From an uncultured Collinsella sp. (lineage in GTDB: Bacteria > Actinomycetota > Coriobacteriia > Coriobacteriales > Coriobacteriaceae): DNA of 64,000 bases. The stretch is from the NCBI GenBank assembly GCA_900549455.1, contig UROM01000001.1, positions 15,758 through 79,757 on the forward strand, read 5' to 3'. The notes beneath the pieces are model-generated. The model had not been told where the DNA came from. It was given only the letters and a program-made list of their open reading frames with translations, and ran no database searches. Shown piece after piece: positions 23,451 through 33,893 of the stretch. A program made the translations under genes and the position numbers. Position 1 is the stretch's first letter. Every line of letters begins with the position of its first letter.

Positions 23451-23699
23451 TTACACCAGTTTCACAGAGCCGACGGAGTTGTGGTCGGCCTCGATGGCCT
23501 CCTCGTAGCCCTCGAGCGCATCGTGCGCCTCGTGCAGCGCAGACATGGCGGCCTCGAGCTTGGCGCCAATGCGCTCCATGTCAAAGTTCTCGGTCGCATG
23601 CAGCAACTGATGGCTCCACTCGTGAGCGAGCTCAATAGTGTCGTCGACCTGCTTGACGCTCATGGCAAGCTGGCTCATGTTCATTCCGACGTCATGCAT
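23451..23699 (-). CDS. Small acidic, His-containing helical hypothetical protein
   Basis: RBS aaggag; stop 1 nt before the nikR start; 82 aa. Confidence 0.7.
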   Translation of the reverse strand: MHDVGMNMSQLAMSVKQVDDTIELAHEWSHQLLHATENFDMERIGAKLEAAMSALHEAHDALEGYEEAIEADHNSVGSVKLV

Positions 23700-23773
23700 G
23701 GGAATCTCCTTTTGTGCGGGGCGATATGGTGGTTCAGATTCTACTACGCCCGCCTTGGGCGCCGCCGCATAAG

Positions 23774-23809
23774 AAAACGGGTGCGAGTCCGTCTGACTCG
23801 CACCCGTTC
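23774..23809 (-). terminator. Intrinsic terminator downstream of trxA
   Basis: Minus strand aacgggtgcgagtc-aga-cggactcgcacccgtt followed by a T-rich tail. Confidence 0.65.
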
Positions 23810-23919
23810 ACTGGGGGCTGTTTGTGTCTACCATGCTATCCGTGGTCGCATGCCTTGCGTTTGGCACTCCGGCGAGCGGTGCGAAACCGCTCATGGACGG
23901 CAGGCAAGTAACAAGCGTA

Positions 23920-24240
23920 TTACAGATGTTTCTCCAGCAGTGCCTGAAGTCTTGCCTTGGGTAAGGCGCCGACCGAGCGGTCGACCTCTTCGCCGTTCTT
24001 AAAGACGATCAGCGTGGGGATGCTCATGACGCCAAACTTCATGGCCAGGTCCTGGTTGTCATCGACGTTGCACTTGGCCACAGCCAGCTTGCCGGCCAGT
24101 TCGTCGGCAACCTCGTCTACGATGGGCGAGAGCGAGCGGCAGGGGCCGCACCACGGGGCCCAAAAATCAACCAGTACGGGCAGGCTATCGTTGACGACAG
24201 CGTCGAAGTTCTCGGGGGTAATCTGCTTGATGTCAGCCAT
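23920..24240 (-). CDS. trxA: Thioredoxin
   Basis: DFWAPWCGPC, SIPTL; RBS ggagg. Confidence 0.95.
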   Translation of the reverse strand: MADIKQITPENFDAVVNDSLPVLVDFWAPWCGPCRSLSPIVDEVADELAGKLAVAKCNVDDNQDLAMKFGVMSIPTLIVFKNGEEVDRSVGALPKARLQALLEKHL

Positions 24241-24376
24241 GGTGACCTCCATAATGCGACGCGGCTCGGCCGCGTAAAACTCAGTACGACCGTGCTTATA
24301 CCCAGCGGCTCGTAAAGCAACCACTCACGGGCGGCTCTTTTATATAATAGTGGGCACGCAAACGATTGGAGAGCGC

Positions 24377-24952
24377 ATGCCCACGTCACAAAGCCAGAAA
24401 AAAGAAGCCATCGCTCAGGCGACCGAGCAGGAGCTCGCGTCGCTTGCAGATCGCGGTGTGCGTATCTCGGGCAACGCGTGCTCGCCGATTGTGCTGGTCA
24501 AAGGCGATTTGGATGAAGCCGAGTGCTCGGGCGGCGAGCTGGCTGCCGGCGCGGATGGCGCCGCGTTGCGCAAGGCGCTCGGCGCCATCGGATATGCCCC
24601 CGAGGATTTTTGCGTGCTGGCAAGCGTCGCCGGCGCGGGCGACGGAGCGGTCGCGGCGGGCGAGGCCCTGACGTGCGACCTGTTCCGCGAGGCGCTGGAG
24701 ACCTTGGACCCCGAGGCGGTGCTGCTGCTGGACAACAGTGCGGCTGATGTCATGCGCGAGACCTATGCCGATATGCTTGTGGCAATTGATGACTTTGACA
24801 CCGCTATGCTCAAGCCCGGCCTGGTCGCCCATGTGCAGGGACGCCGCGTGCTGGCGCTCGACGGTTTTGAGGCGGCGCTCACCGACAAGGCCGCCAAGCA
24901 GCGCATGTGGGCCTACATTAAGCAGCTGACCCCGGCGGCTGCACCGCTGTAG
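24377..24952 (+). CDS. Hypothetical protein with a degenerate uracil-DNA glycosylase (family 4)-like fold
   Basis: Resemblance by eye: GNACSPIVLVKG...GADGAALRKAL, LETLDPEAVLLL, KQRMWAYIK. Catalytic motifs are missing. Confidence 0.55.
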   Translation: MPTSQSQKKEAIAQATEQELASLADRGVRISGNACSPIVLVKGDLDEAECSGGELAAGADGAALRKALGAIGYAPEDFCVLASVAGAGDGAVAAGEALTCDLFREALETLDPEAVLLLDNSAADVMRETYADMLVAIDDFDTAMLKPGLVAHVQGRRVLALDGFEAALTDKAAKQRMWAYIKQLTPAAAPL

Positions 24953-25012
24953 AGGACCGGAGCCGGCAAGGTGGCCCTGGCGGGTCGAGCGCGGCGCCGA
25001 CTTATCGCGTCC

Positions 25013-26290
25013 TTACATCACGGCGCGCAGCTCAAACCGGTCGCCGTTAATGCGGAACTGGCAGTTGCCGTTCATGCGCTCGACGGCAAGCATAATGCTC
25101 TTGGTGCCAAAGCCGTGCCCTGTGTGCTGAGCCACGGGCATGCCATCGACCATGTGCGGCGCACGGCCAAACGTGTTGGAAACCAGCAGTAGAAGATGAC
25201 CGTCTTCGTAGCGGAGGTCCAGGTCGACAAACCGCTTGCCTTCGGGGGCGGCGCTCGCCGCGGCGATGGCATTGTCCAGGGCGTTCGATACCACACTGAA
25301 CAGATCGACATCGCCCACGTGGACGGTTTCGGGCACGGCGGCGCGCAGGTCGGCGGTGATGCCGTGCGCGTTGATGTCCGCGGAAAGCGACGAGAGCGCA
25401 ATGTTGACCGTTTCGTTGGCGCAGTAGCGGCGCACGGCAGTGCGGTCGTTGGTCTCGCAGAGCGCGTCGATGCGCTCGAGCGCCTCATCGGTGCGACCCT
25501 CTTCGATCAGGGCCGCTAGACCGCGCAGGTAGTGGCGCATGTCGTGACGGAGAACCGAGAGCTCGCGTCCGGACTGGCGCCAGGCTTCGAGCTCTTTGAT
25601 GGCCGCGCTGTCGCGGGTCGCGAGCATCCAACGCTCGCGCTCGGCGATTTCCTTTGCCTCGTATTCGCGAAGGTAGACGGCAAGAAACATAAGGTAGAAG
25701 GCGCAGAGGGCGAACGCCAAAAACTCAACGGTTACCACCGAGCCCGAGTGGAAGAGCGTGGTATAGACGTTGGTGGCGTAATCGAAGATGTAGTAGACGA
25801 GCGGCAGGATGAACAGAATCTCCAGCTCGGTGGGGCTTTTGATCGCCAGGCGGGGGCCAATCTCGCTTGCCCAATGCAACAAGACGGCAAAGACGCCGAG
25901 CGTGGTAATGATGCGCGCCGTGTAGTACGCGACCTGCGAATCGGTGGCGGCGAATGCGGCGATGCCCATCCAGTTGCTAAACTGGCAGCTCAGGTAGGCA
26001 CTGGTAACGCCCAGGATGGCGAGCAGCGGACTCAGGCGATAGCGTACGCACAAGTAGACGACAAGCGGCAGATGCACGACGAGTGGATAGGCCTGTCGGG
26101 CAAGCAGCTCACCACCGACGAGGTTGGCAATCGCAAAAGCGGTGCCGGTTACGGCGCCGACCCCCACCAGTTCGAGCGAATGGCGGCGGCTGATCTCGAC
26201 ACCGCACAGCGCCGCCGAGGCAAAGACGCCAAAGAGCAACGTCGTCGCATGGTGGATTGCCCAAAGTACCAGTTCTGCCGAGGAAAGCAT
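25013..26290 (-). CDS. Membrane sensor histidine kinase (GHKL, AgrC/VirS-like)
   Basis: Multi-TM N-terminus, LRHDMRHY H-box, NALDNAIAA, GHGFGTKSI. ATG overlaps the response regulator TGA. Confidence 0.9.
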   Translation of the reverse strand: MLSSAELVLWAIHHATTLLFGVFASAALCGVEISRRHSLELVGVGAVTGTAFAIANLVGGELLARQAYPLVVHLPLVVYLCVRYRLSPLLAILGVTSAYLSCQFSNWMGIAAFAATDSQVAYYTARIITTLGVFAVLLHWASEIGPRLAIKSPTELEILFILPLVYYIFDYATNVYTTLFHSGSVVTVEFLAFALCAFYLMFLAVYLREYEAKEIAERERWMLATRDSAAIKELEAWRQSGRELSVLRHDMRHYLRGLAALIEEGRTDEALERIDALCETNDRTAVRRYCANETVNIALSSLSADINAHGITADLRAAVPETVHVGDVDLFSVVSNALDNAIAAASAAPEGKRFVDLDLRYEDGHLLLLVSNTFGRAPHMVDGMPVAQHTGHGFGTKSIMLAVERMNGNCQFRINGDRFELRAVM

Positions 26291-27012
26291 CAGCGTCTCC
26301 CGCCCTCGAACCGCACCGCAAAGTAGGCGTCTTGGAATCCCTGCTTGCAGCTGCGCGCGAGCGGTATGCACGCGCCCGAGCGCATGACGATTTCCGTGCG
26401 GTTAAAGTGGTCGATGTTGCGCAGATTGACCTGGTAGCTGCGGTGGCACTTAAAGAAGGTCGCGTTTTGGGCCAGTCGGTCCTCGATGCTGCGGAACGGC
26501 TCGAGCGCCTCGATATCGCGGCCGTCGCGCAGGTGGAAGACCACGTGCTTGTTGCGAGCCTCGGCATATTCGATATCGGATAGGCGCAGGGCATGGTAGC
26601 CAAAGGACGTCTTGATGACGAGCTCGTCGATTGCAGCCGGACGCAGGCTCGACAGCTCGTCGAGCAGTTGCGCCAAGCGCTCGTAGGTCACGGGTTTGAG
26701 CAGGTAGTCGAAGGCGCGGACCTCGTAGGACTCAAGTGCGAACTCGGGCGATGAGGTCAGAAATACCAAGTGCACGGCGGTATCGGATTGGCGCAGCTCG
26801 CGGGCGGTGTCCATGCCGTTGACGAGCGGCATGATCATGTCGAGCATGATAATGTCGGCGCGCGATGCGGCATGGCGTGCCAGCAGGTCCTCGCCGCGCG
26901 TGACGAGTGCAACATCGACCGCCGTACCCGTCTCGGCCGACCAGCGGTTGATCATGCGGTGCAGGTTATCTAGAAAGGCGACGTCGTCGTCGCAGGCGAT
27001 GATTTTGAGCAT
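26290..27012 (-). CDS. LytTR family response regulator
   Basis: IIACDDD, LDMIMP, DYLLKP, FFKCHRSYQVNL. Confidence 0.92.
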   Translation of the reverse strand: MLKIIACDDDVAFLDNLHRMINRWSAETGTAVDVALVTRGEDLLARHAASRADIIMLDMIMPLVNGMDTARELRQSDTAVHLVFLTSSPEFALESYEVRAFDYLLKPVTYERLAQLLDELSSLRPAAIDELVIKTSFGYHALRLSDIEYAEARNKHVVFHLRDGRDIEALEPFRSIEDRLAQNATFFKCHRSYQVNLRNIDHFNRTEIVMRSGACIPLARSCKQGFQDAYFAVRFEGGRR

Positions 27013-27251
27013 ATTGGGCCCCCTTAGTACCTCGATTTTGCCACATCGTGCACGCGCCACCCGCGGGGGTGCGTTCCGTTTGCGCCCCACGGTACGCAAC
27101 TCGCGCCGAGCGGCAGGGTGTCAAAACATGCGGTTGCACAATACCAGGTGGATATATATGTCAATTTGAGCTAGCGGCTGGCGAGGGACCATGCCGGCCG
27201 CGCCAAGCGATATCGGACATCGCGAAAGCATAGGGGTAAGGGAGCTGAACG

Positions 27252-30200
27252 ATGAAGGAGAAGAAGATGGGGATGCGCGCTGCGTTGATGCGTCTGCTGG
27301 GTATCGCAACCGTGGCATGCGCGCTCGTGGCGACGCCGGCCGTGGCAAACGCCGAGACGCAGGTTATGCCCGACGGGGTGAGGGCGGAGGTGCTGTCGCT
27401 TAAGCAGGCCAACAACGAACCCGTCCAAATCACCGAGCCGGGCAGTTACGTACTTAAGACGGCTGAGGGTGAGGTCACGCCATCTTCGGGTTACACCATC
27501 GACGCGCCGGATGCGTCTCGGATTAATCCTGTGAGGATCTACATCGATGGTACGGTCTACGTGAACGATAAGACTAACTGGCGGGTTGAGCAAACTCGAT
27601 GGCTGTTCAACATCAAACAGGGTAGCAATATCGAGTTCATCGGTGTCAACAATCCGTGCGTCAGCTTCCATAGAAACCAAAAGCAATTTGAGTCCGTAAG
27701 CGGCTTTTTGACCGACCGCTATTACAGCGGTGGCTACAAAAAGGCATCGGGCGACATCTCGGTTGGCCTGGGGGTTGGCGACGGCTCGCAGAATTTCATT
27801 CTCTCGTATGGCAGCAAGTACGAGCAAAAGGTACCTGCGATTTCCCTGGGTAGCACCGAGGGCAAGTTAACCGCCAAGTTCGAAAAAATGAAGATCCAAG
27901 GCTATGTTGGCAAATCGGGCGCAGTGGCGGGCAACGCCCAAGAGTATGCCGTTCCTGTACATCTCTTCCGTGAGGGCAGGGATACGACTGGCGGCAATAC
28001 CAACTCCTTCGCGGCGACTTTTACCGACTGTGTGTTCTACGATACGTCTGGAGACTTCAATGGTGCTGTTTCCGTCGATGGCAACAGCAGCTTCAAGATG
28101 CCCAAAGACGGAAGCGCTGTCGCAAAGTTGACGGCGACGTTCAACAATTGCAGCTTCACTGGCAGCAATGGGGAGAACGTGGGCGTCAGGCAGACGAACA
28201 ATAGTTACAGCTCAGTCGAAGCGGCTCGTTATTTTACTAATTCTTCTGTCCTTAATACCTATGCTGTCGCAGGCGTGATGGGCGTCACCAACGCTACGGT
28301 CAACCTCAACGACTGCAAGATGAGCAACTTCCACAGCACGCGTTCGAGCTCGGCCGACAACACTTTGACAGTCGATGCCCTTAATGTTGCACGAAGCGCT
28401 CGCTGCAACATAAACGGCGGCGAAATTTCTCGCTATGGCGCGCGCGGCAATACGTGCGTGGTATACGCCGCCGGAACCCTTACCCTTAACGGATCGCCGG
28501 AAATCGCGAGCTACTGGAAGAACAGCCACGCCGACGATACTAATTATGGCGACAAGTACACTGAAGCTGATAAGGCTACGGGAACCGCCAAGAGCCTGTA
28601 TGTCCCGAAGAAAAAGAGTGTCGATGCCAACGTCCCGGCGCTGAATATCGCGTCTGACTTCTCCGTACGCGGAGGCTTTGGAGACAATGTTTGGATCTCG
28701 ATTGAGGAGACTGCGGACAGTAATGGCGTAAAGTCGCGTGTCCTTGGCACCTGCGAATCCAACAAGATCGAAGGCGTTGTGCCAGACGGCTCGTCCGAGA
28801 ACGACGACAACTCCGACAAGTACGAGGTCGTGAACCTTAACGGCGACCTCACCTTCCGCGAGACCATCCACCAACACAAGTGGAAGGTCGAAGCTGACGG
28901 CATGGGCGTTAAGGCGTCGTGCGTGGGTCCGTTCCGCAACAGCGAGTGCGAATATGGTATGGGCGAGGACGGCGAGCCCAAAAAGTACCTGAGGGCCACG
29001 TATAAGCTTTCCATGTCCAAGGCAACGAGCTCTCAGAGCACCGAGCTTGTCTATGACGGCTGCCCGGTCAAGATTGCTTTGAACAAGGACGGCGCGTGGA
29101 ATCTAGAGCAGATGGGCGTAACTGCCAGCGGTGAATTCACGTGGTATCAGTGCAAGTCCCAGGCGGATGCCGAGGCATATAAAAACGGCACCAAGCTCAA
29201 GGGCGCCCCGACGGACGCCGGCTACTACTATGTCGTTACGAGCTTTAAGACTGCCTCTGGTCAGACGCTCGAGGGCAAGAAGTCTTTTGAGATTTCGCAG
29301 CGCCGCTTGGTCAAGAATCAATCCTACAAGTTCACCCTTAAAGACGGCGGCAAGGGCGCGGGCAAGTATGCCTATGACGGCAAGGAACATCAGCCTGTCG
29401 TTGAAAGTGCAAAGTTCAAGAACGGTGCCGGCGAGTGGGTCGATCTCGTTGAGGGCAAGGATTACGAGCTCAGCGCTCGAAGTGAATCCGGACTGAAGCA
29501 GACCGAGCCAGGACAATACGAGTGCATTGTCATCGGTAAGGGCAACTTCACGACCGATGGCGGCACCACAAGTGTTCTGACGCTCAAATGGGAGATCGTT
29601 GACGTTTCGCGCTTTGACCTCGAGGTCGCTGGCTTCGATGGCACCTATGATGGCGACGAGCACGGCATTACGGTCAACGTTAAGAACGATCCTGTTCCGG
29701 CGGATATGAAGATCGAGTACTGCGAAGAGGGCGGCGATTGGACGACGAAAAAGCCGACCTATCGCAATGCGGCCGAGTACACGACATCCTATCGTGTGAC
29801 GGCTTCTGACTACCTGACCGTCACGGGCAGCGCGACTGTGAAGATTTCCAAGGCCGATCAGAAGGCGCCGACTGGACTCGTGGGTAATAATTGGACCACT
29901 TGCAGCAGCAAGGACGGCTCTATCTCGGGCGTGACCAAGGCGATGGAATACCGTCGCGGGTCGAGCGGGAGCTATCAGAAGATAACGTCTGACGGTAAAC
30001 TGACCGGGCTTACGAAGTCGGGAACGTATTACGTCCGCTTTGCCGAGGATAGCAACCACAATGCGTCTGCCGATGCCGAGGTTAAGATCGAGCAGGGCCC
30101 CCATGCCGTTGCCGACAACGCTGCCTGGAAGCCGAATGGCGAAGGTAGCCACGTTAAGGTCTGCAAGTATTGCAAGAAGACTCAGGAGCGCCAGCCCTGC

Positions 30201-33200
30201 AGGTGGAAATATGAGATCGTTACGCCCGCCACGCCTGAGGCCGATGGTGTTCGTCAAAAGGTCTGCAGGGTTTGCAGCGGCAGGTGGGATGAAGAGCGTT
30301 ATACCTACGTGGACACTTACGCCCCCACCATTTATGACCTCTGGGTAGATAAGGCCTACTGCGAGAGCGTTTCGTTTGACGTGTTCGATGACCGCGACGA
30401 GACGGTGGCGGTTACCGATAACGGCAAGGAGCTCAAGGCTGGCAAGGACGGAAAGTACACGGTTAAGGCCGCTGAAGGCGATGCCGGTACAGAGCATGTA
30501 ATCGTGGCTACGGACACTGCCGGCAACAAAGAGACCATCACAATTAAGATGTACGCCGAGCATGCGTATAAATGGACAATCGACAAGCAGCCGACGGTTA
30601 CCGAGACCGGCTCCAAACATGGTACGTGCTCCGTGTGCGGCCATGAGTCGGGCGCGGTAGAGATTCCGGCCCTGGCTGTTAAGGGCTATTCGGGCAAATA
30701 TGACGGCAAGGACCACTCTGTCGATGCTTCGGCCCTGCCCGAGGGCGCCGTCGTTGAGTACAAGGCTGCTGACGGCAGCTGGACGAGCGATGCGCCCAGC
30801 ATTAGGGACGCCGGCAGTGTGACGGTCGACTATCGCGTCACGATTGATGACGCGGCGGTTGAGGGCCAGGTGACACTCGAGGTCACTCCGCTCGCGATCA
30901 CGGTTTCCGCTTTGGACGCCTCCAAGACGTACGGCGATTCTGATCCCGCGCTGGGGTGGGAGGTCACCAAGGGCAAGCTTGTCAAGGACGAGAGCCTCCA
31001 GGGCATCACCGTCTCTCGCGAGGTCGGCGAGGCCGTGCGCAAGGACGGCTACGCCGTGACGGCAGCGCAGTCCGAAGGCGCCAACCCCAACTACAAGATT
31101 ACGTTCAAGGATGGCACCTTTACGATCGGCAAGCGCGAGCTCTCCGTAACGTGGGACACCACTACTGAGTTCACCTACGACGGCGAGGAGCACTGTCCCC
31201 AAGCGAAGCTCCACAACGTTGTCGGCGATGACGATCTCTCCGCGTGTGTTGACGGCGCCAAAGTCAAGGCTGGCACCTACACGGCGAAAATCACCGAGCT
31301 GACGGGCGACGACGCGGGTAACTACAAGCTTCCCGCCGAAGGCCTGACGTGCGAGTTCTCCATCAAGAAGGCGCCCCAGGGCGCGCCGAAGGTCCAGGCC
31401 ACGGCCGAGACTGTGAGTGGCAAGTCCGACGGTAAGATCACGGGCGTCGACGCTATGATGGAGTGGCGCGCCAAGGACTCTGGCGAGTATCGGGGCGTGC
31501 CCGAAGGCGTGACTGAGATTGCGGGTTGCGCTGTCGGCACGTACGAGGTGCGCTACCGCGCCGATAGCGACCATGATGCCTCCTCCGCCACCGAGGTTAC
31601 CGTTAATGCCGGCGGCAAGCTCGTCGTGACGCTGCCTGCCAAGCAGGTCGGCTATACGATCACGGCGAACCCGGGCGAGCTTGACTGGCACGGATCAACC
31701 ACCCTCACGGTCGGCATCGAGAGCGGCTACTTTACTGACAACGACTCTTACGCCGTCAAGGTCAACAATGCCGTTGTGACGCCCGACGCGCGTGGCGAGT
31801 TCACCGTCCAGAACGCCGAGAGCGACCTCGTCGTCACCGTCGAGGGCGTGCGCAAGCACGAGGCCGTGAACGATGAGTGGCTCTCCGACGACAGCACGCA
31901 TTGGCATAAGTGCGCCTGTGGTGACAAGATCGACGAGAGTGTGCACACCTTTGAGTGGGTCGTCGACAAGGCACCCACGGCAACTGAGGTGGGCTCCAAG
32001 CATCAGCAGTGCACGGTCTGTGGACACGCGTTGCCTGCAGTCGAGATTCCGGCTGCCGCCATCGTTGGCTACTCCGACGAGTACGACGGTGCGTATCACA
32101 CGGTCGACGCGACGAGCCTGCCCGAGGGCGCGACGGCCCAGTACAGCACCGACGGCAAGAACTGGTCCTCCGAGGCCCCCAAGATTCGCGACGTTGGCAC
32201 GCTGACCGTTGTCTACCAGGTGACGATCGACGGTGCGACTGCCGAGGGCGAGGTTACGCTCGAGGTCAAGCCGCGCGCGATCACGGTCACCGCCCAGGAC
32301 GCTTCTAAGACCTACGGCGAGGCCGACCCCGTGTTTACGTGGGCGATCACATCCGGCGAGCTTGTCGAGGGCGAGAGCCTTCAGGGCATTGAGATTAAGC
32401 GCGAAGATGACGACAACGTGCGCGACGGCGGCTATGCTCTGCACCTGACGCAGGCCAAGGACGCTAACCCCAACTACAACATCACGTTTGTTGACGGCGT
32501 GTTCACCATCAACCAGCGCGTGCTCACTGTGAAGTGGGGTACCAGCGAGTTTGTTTACGATGGCAAGGAGCACTGCCCCGAGGCGACGCTCGGCAACGTT
32601 ATCGACGACGATGACCTTGGCGCGACCGTCGAGGGCTCTCAGACCGAGGTTGGCACCTATACCGCGACCCTCACCGCACTGACGGGCAAGGCTGCTGGCA
32701 ACTACGCACTTCCGACTGAGGGCCTGACGTGCGACTTCTCCATCAAGAACGCCGCGCAGGGCGCGCCGGTGGTCCAGGCTGCGGCCGAGACCGTGAGCGG
32801 CAAGCGTGACGGCAAGATCACGGGTGTCGACGCGACGATGGAGTGGCGCGCCAAGGGTGCCGCCGAGTATCAGGCGGTGGGCGAGGGCGTGACCGAGCTT
32901 ACGGGTCTTGCCGCCGGCACGTATGAGGTGCGCTACCAGGCCAAGGCCAACTACGACGCTTCTTTTGCCACCGAGGTTACCGTGGCGGCCGGTCCCAAGC
33001 TGGTCGTGTCACTGCCGAGCAATCAGGTGGGCTACGCGCTCACCGCGACGGCAACCGAGCTCGACTGGCACGGCGCCGCAACGCTCACCATGAGCATCGA
33101 CAGCGCGTATTTTGCGGGTAAGGACTACGCCGTCAAGGTCAACGGCACGTCCGTTAAGCTTTCCGCCAAGGGCACCTATGAGCTCAAGGATGTCGAGGGC

Positions 33201-33893
33201 GACGCGAATGTGACGGTCGAGGGTATCCTCAAGCACGAGCCCGACGGCTCCGGCTGGGCACACGACGCCAAGAACCACTGGCATGTCTGCCGCTGCGGCG
33301 AAGTTCTCGACAAGGCCGAGCATACCTTTGAGTGGGTCGTCGATAGGCCGGCGACCACCGAGGCCAAGGGCGAGAGGTACCAGAAGTGCACCGTCTGCGG
33401 CGAGAAGGGCAAGACCGAGGAGATCGCGATTCTGGCACCAGAGATCATCGACGGCAAGGGCCAGACGATGGTGGTCGACGCCGCCAAGGACCTGAGCTTC
33501 CGCTCGAGCGCGCCGCTCAGGTACTTCCAGAAGGTGCTGGTCGACGACAAGGAGGTCGCCGTCGAGAACTACGTGCTCACCGAGGGCTCCACGATCGTGA
33601 CGCTTAAGGCGAGCTTCCTGAATACACTCGGCGTGGGCGAACACAAGCTGAGCGTGGTTTCGACCACGGGCACGGCCGAGACGAACTTTACCGTTGCCGA
33701 GGCTGCCAAGCCCGCTCCTGGCCAGGCAACCACGACTACTACGACCACGACTACGACTTCCAAGCCTAAGAAGAAGGCTGGCAAGGAGACGTTGCCTGAG
33801 TCCGGCGACAGCACGTACGTCATTGCTGGCGCCGTACTCGCTGCCGGCATGGCGGCTCTGCTGCTGGCTTGGGCCATGAAGCGCCGCGCGTAG
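27252..33893 (+). CDS. Large sortase-anchored surface protein (2213 aa) with MBG-like repeats
   Basis: Signal peptide (AVANA-E), YDG/MBG-like repeats (ASKTYGDSDP...NPNYKITFKDGTFTI), poly-Thr linker, LPESG + TM + KRRA tail. Confidence 0.9.
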   Translation: MKEKKMGMRAALMRLLGIATVACALVATPAVANAETQVMPDGVRAEVLSLKQANNEPVQITEPGSYVLKTAEGEVTPSSGYTIDAPDASRINPVRIYIDGTVYVNDKTNWRVEQTRWLFNIKQGSNIEFIGVNNPCVSFHRNQKQFESVSGFLTDRYYSGGYKKASGDISVGLGVGDGSQNFILSYGSKYEQKVPAISLGSTEGKLTAKFEKMKIQGYVGKSGAVAGNAQEYAVPVHLFREGRDTTGGNTNSFAATFTDCVFYDTSGDFNGAVSVDGNSSFKMPKDGSAVAKLTATFNNCSFTGSNGENVGVRQTNNSYSSVEAARYFTNSSVLNTYAVAGVMGVTNATVNLNDCKMSNFHSTRSSSADNTLTVDALNVARSARCNINGGEISRYGARGNTCVVYAAGTLTLNGSPEIASYWKNSHADDTNYGDKYTEADKATGTAKSLYVPKKKSVDANVPALNIASDFSVRGGFGDNVWISIEETADSNGVKSRVLGTCESNKIEGVVPDGSSENDDNSDKYEVVNLNGDLTFRETIHQHKWKVEADGMGVKASCVGPFRNSECEYGMGEDGEPKKYLRATYKLSMSKATSSQSTELVYDGCPVKIALNKDGAWNLEQMGVTASGEFTWYQCKSQADAEAYKNGTKLKGAPTDAGYYYVVTSFKTASGQTLEGKKSFEISQRRLVKNQSYKFTLKDGGKGAGKYAYDGKEHQPVVESAKFKNGAGEWVDLVEGKDYELSARSESGLKQTEPGQYECIVIGKGNFTTDGGTTSVLTLKWEIVDVSRFDLEVAGFDGTYDGDEHGITVNVKNDPVPADMKIEYCEEGGDWTTKKPTYRNAAEYTTSYRVTASDYLTVTGSATVKISKADQKAPTGLVGNNWTTCSSKDGSISGVTKAMEYRRGSSGSYQKITSDGKLTGLTKSGTYYVRFAEDSNHNASADAEVKIEQGPHAVADNAAWKPNGEGSHVKVCKYCKKTQERQPCRWKYEIVTPATPEADGVRQKVCRVCSGRWDEERYTYVDTYAPTIYDLWVDKAYCESVSFDVFDDRDETVAVTDNGKELKAGKDGKYTVKAAEGDAGTEHVIVATDTAGNKETITIKMYAEHAYKWTIDKQPTVTETGSKHGTCSVCGHESGAVEIPALAVKGYSGKYDGKDHSVDASALPEGAVVEYKAADGSWTSDAPSIRDAGSVTVDYRVTIDDAAVEGQVTLEVTPLAITVSALDASKTYGDSDPALGWEVTKGKLVKDESLQGITVSREVGEAVRKDGYAVTAAQSEGANPNYKITFKDGTFTIGKRELSVTWDTTTEFTYDGEEHCPQAKLHNVVGDDDLSACVDGAKVKAGTYTAKITELTGDDAGNYKLPAEGLTCEFSIKKAPQGAPKVQATAETVSGKSDGKITGVDAMMEWRAKDSGEYRGVPEGVTEIAGCAVGTYEVRYRADSDHDASSATEVTVNAGGKLVVTLPAKQVGYTITANPGELDWHGSTTLTVGIESGYFTDNDSYAVKVNNAVVTPDARGEFTVQNAESDLVVTVEGVRKHEAVNDEWLSDDSTHWHKCACGDKIDESVHTFEWVVDKAPTATEVGSKHQQCTVCGHALPAVEIPAAAIVGYSDEYDGAYHTVDATSLPEGATAQYSTDGKNWSSEAPKIRDVGTLTVVYQVTIDGATAEGEVTLEVKPRAITVTAQDASKTYGEADPVFTWAITSGELVEGESLQGIEIKREDDDNVRDGGYALHLTQAKDANPNYNITFVDGVFTINQRVLTVKWGTSEFVYDGKEHCPEATLGNVIDDDDLGATVEGSQTEVGTYTATLTALTGKAAGNYALPTEGLTCDFSIKNAAQGAPVVQAAAETVSGKRDGKITGVDATMEWRAKGAAEYQAVGEGVTELTGLAAGTYEVRYQAKANYDASFATEVTVAAGPKLVVSLPSNQVGYALTATATELDWHGAATLTMSIDSAYFAGKDYAVKVNGTSVKLSAKGTYELKDVEGDANVTVEGILKHEPDGSGWAHDAKNHWHVCRCGEVLDKAEHTFEWVVDRPATTEAKGERYQKCTVCGEKGKTEEIAILAPEIIDGKGQTMVVDAAKDLSFRSSAPLRYFQKVLVDDKEVAVENYVLTEGSTIVTLKASFLNTLGVGEHKLSVVSTTGTAETNFTVAEAAKPAPGQATTTTTTTTTTSKPKKKAGKETLPESGDSTYVIAGAVLAAGMAALLLAWAMKRRA

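Noticed and set aside
23700..23919. Possible nickel riboswitch upstream of the nikR-hyp operon
   Set aside because: The hairpin is explained as the trxA terminator; no NiCo consensus recognised.
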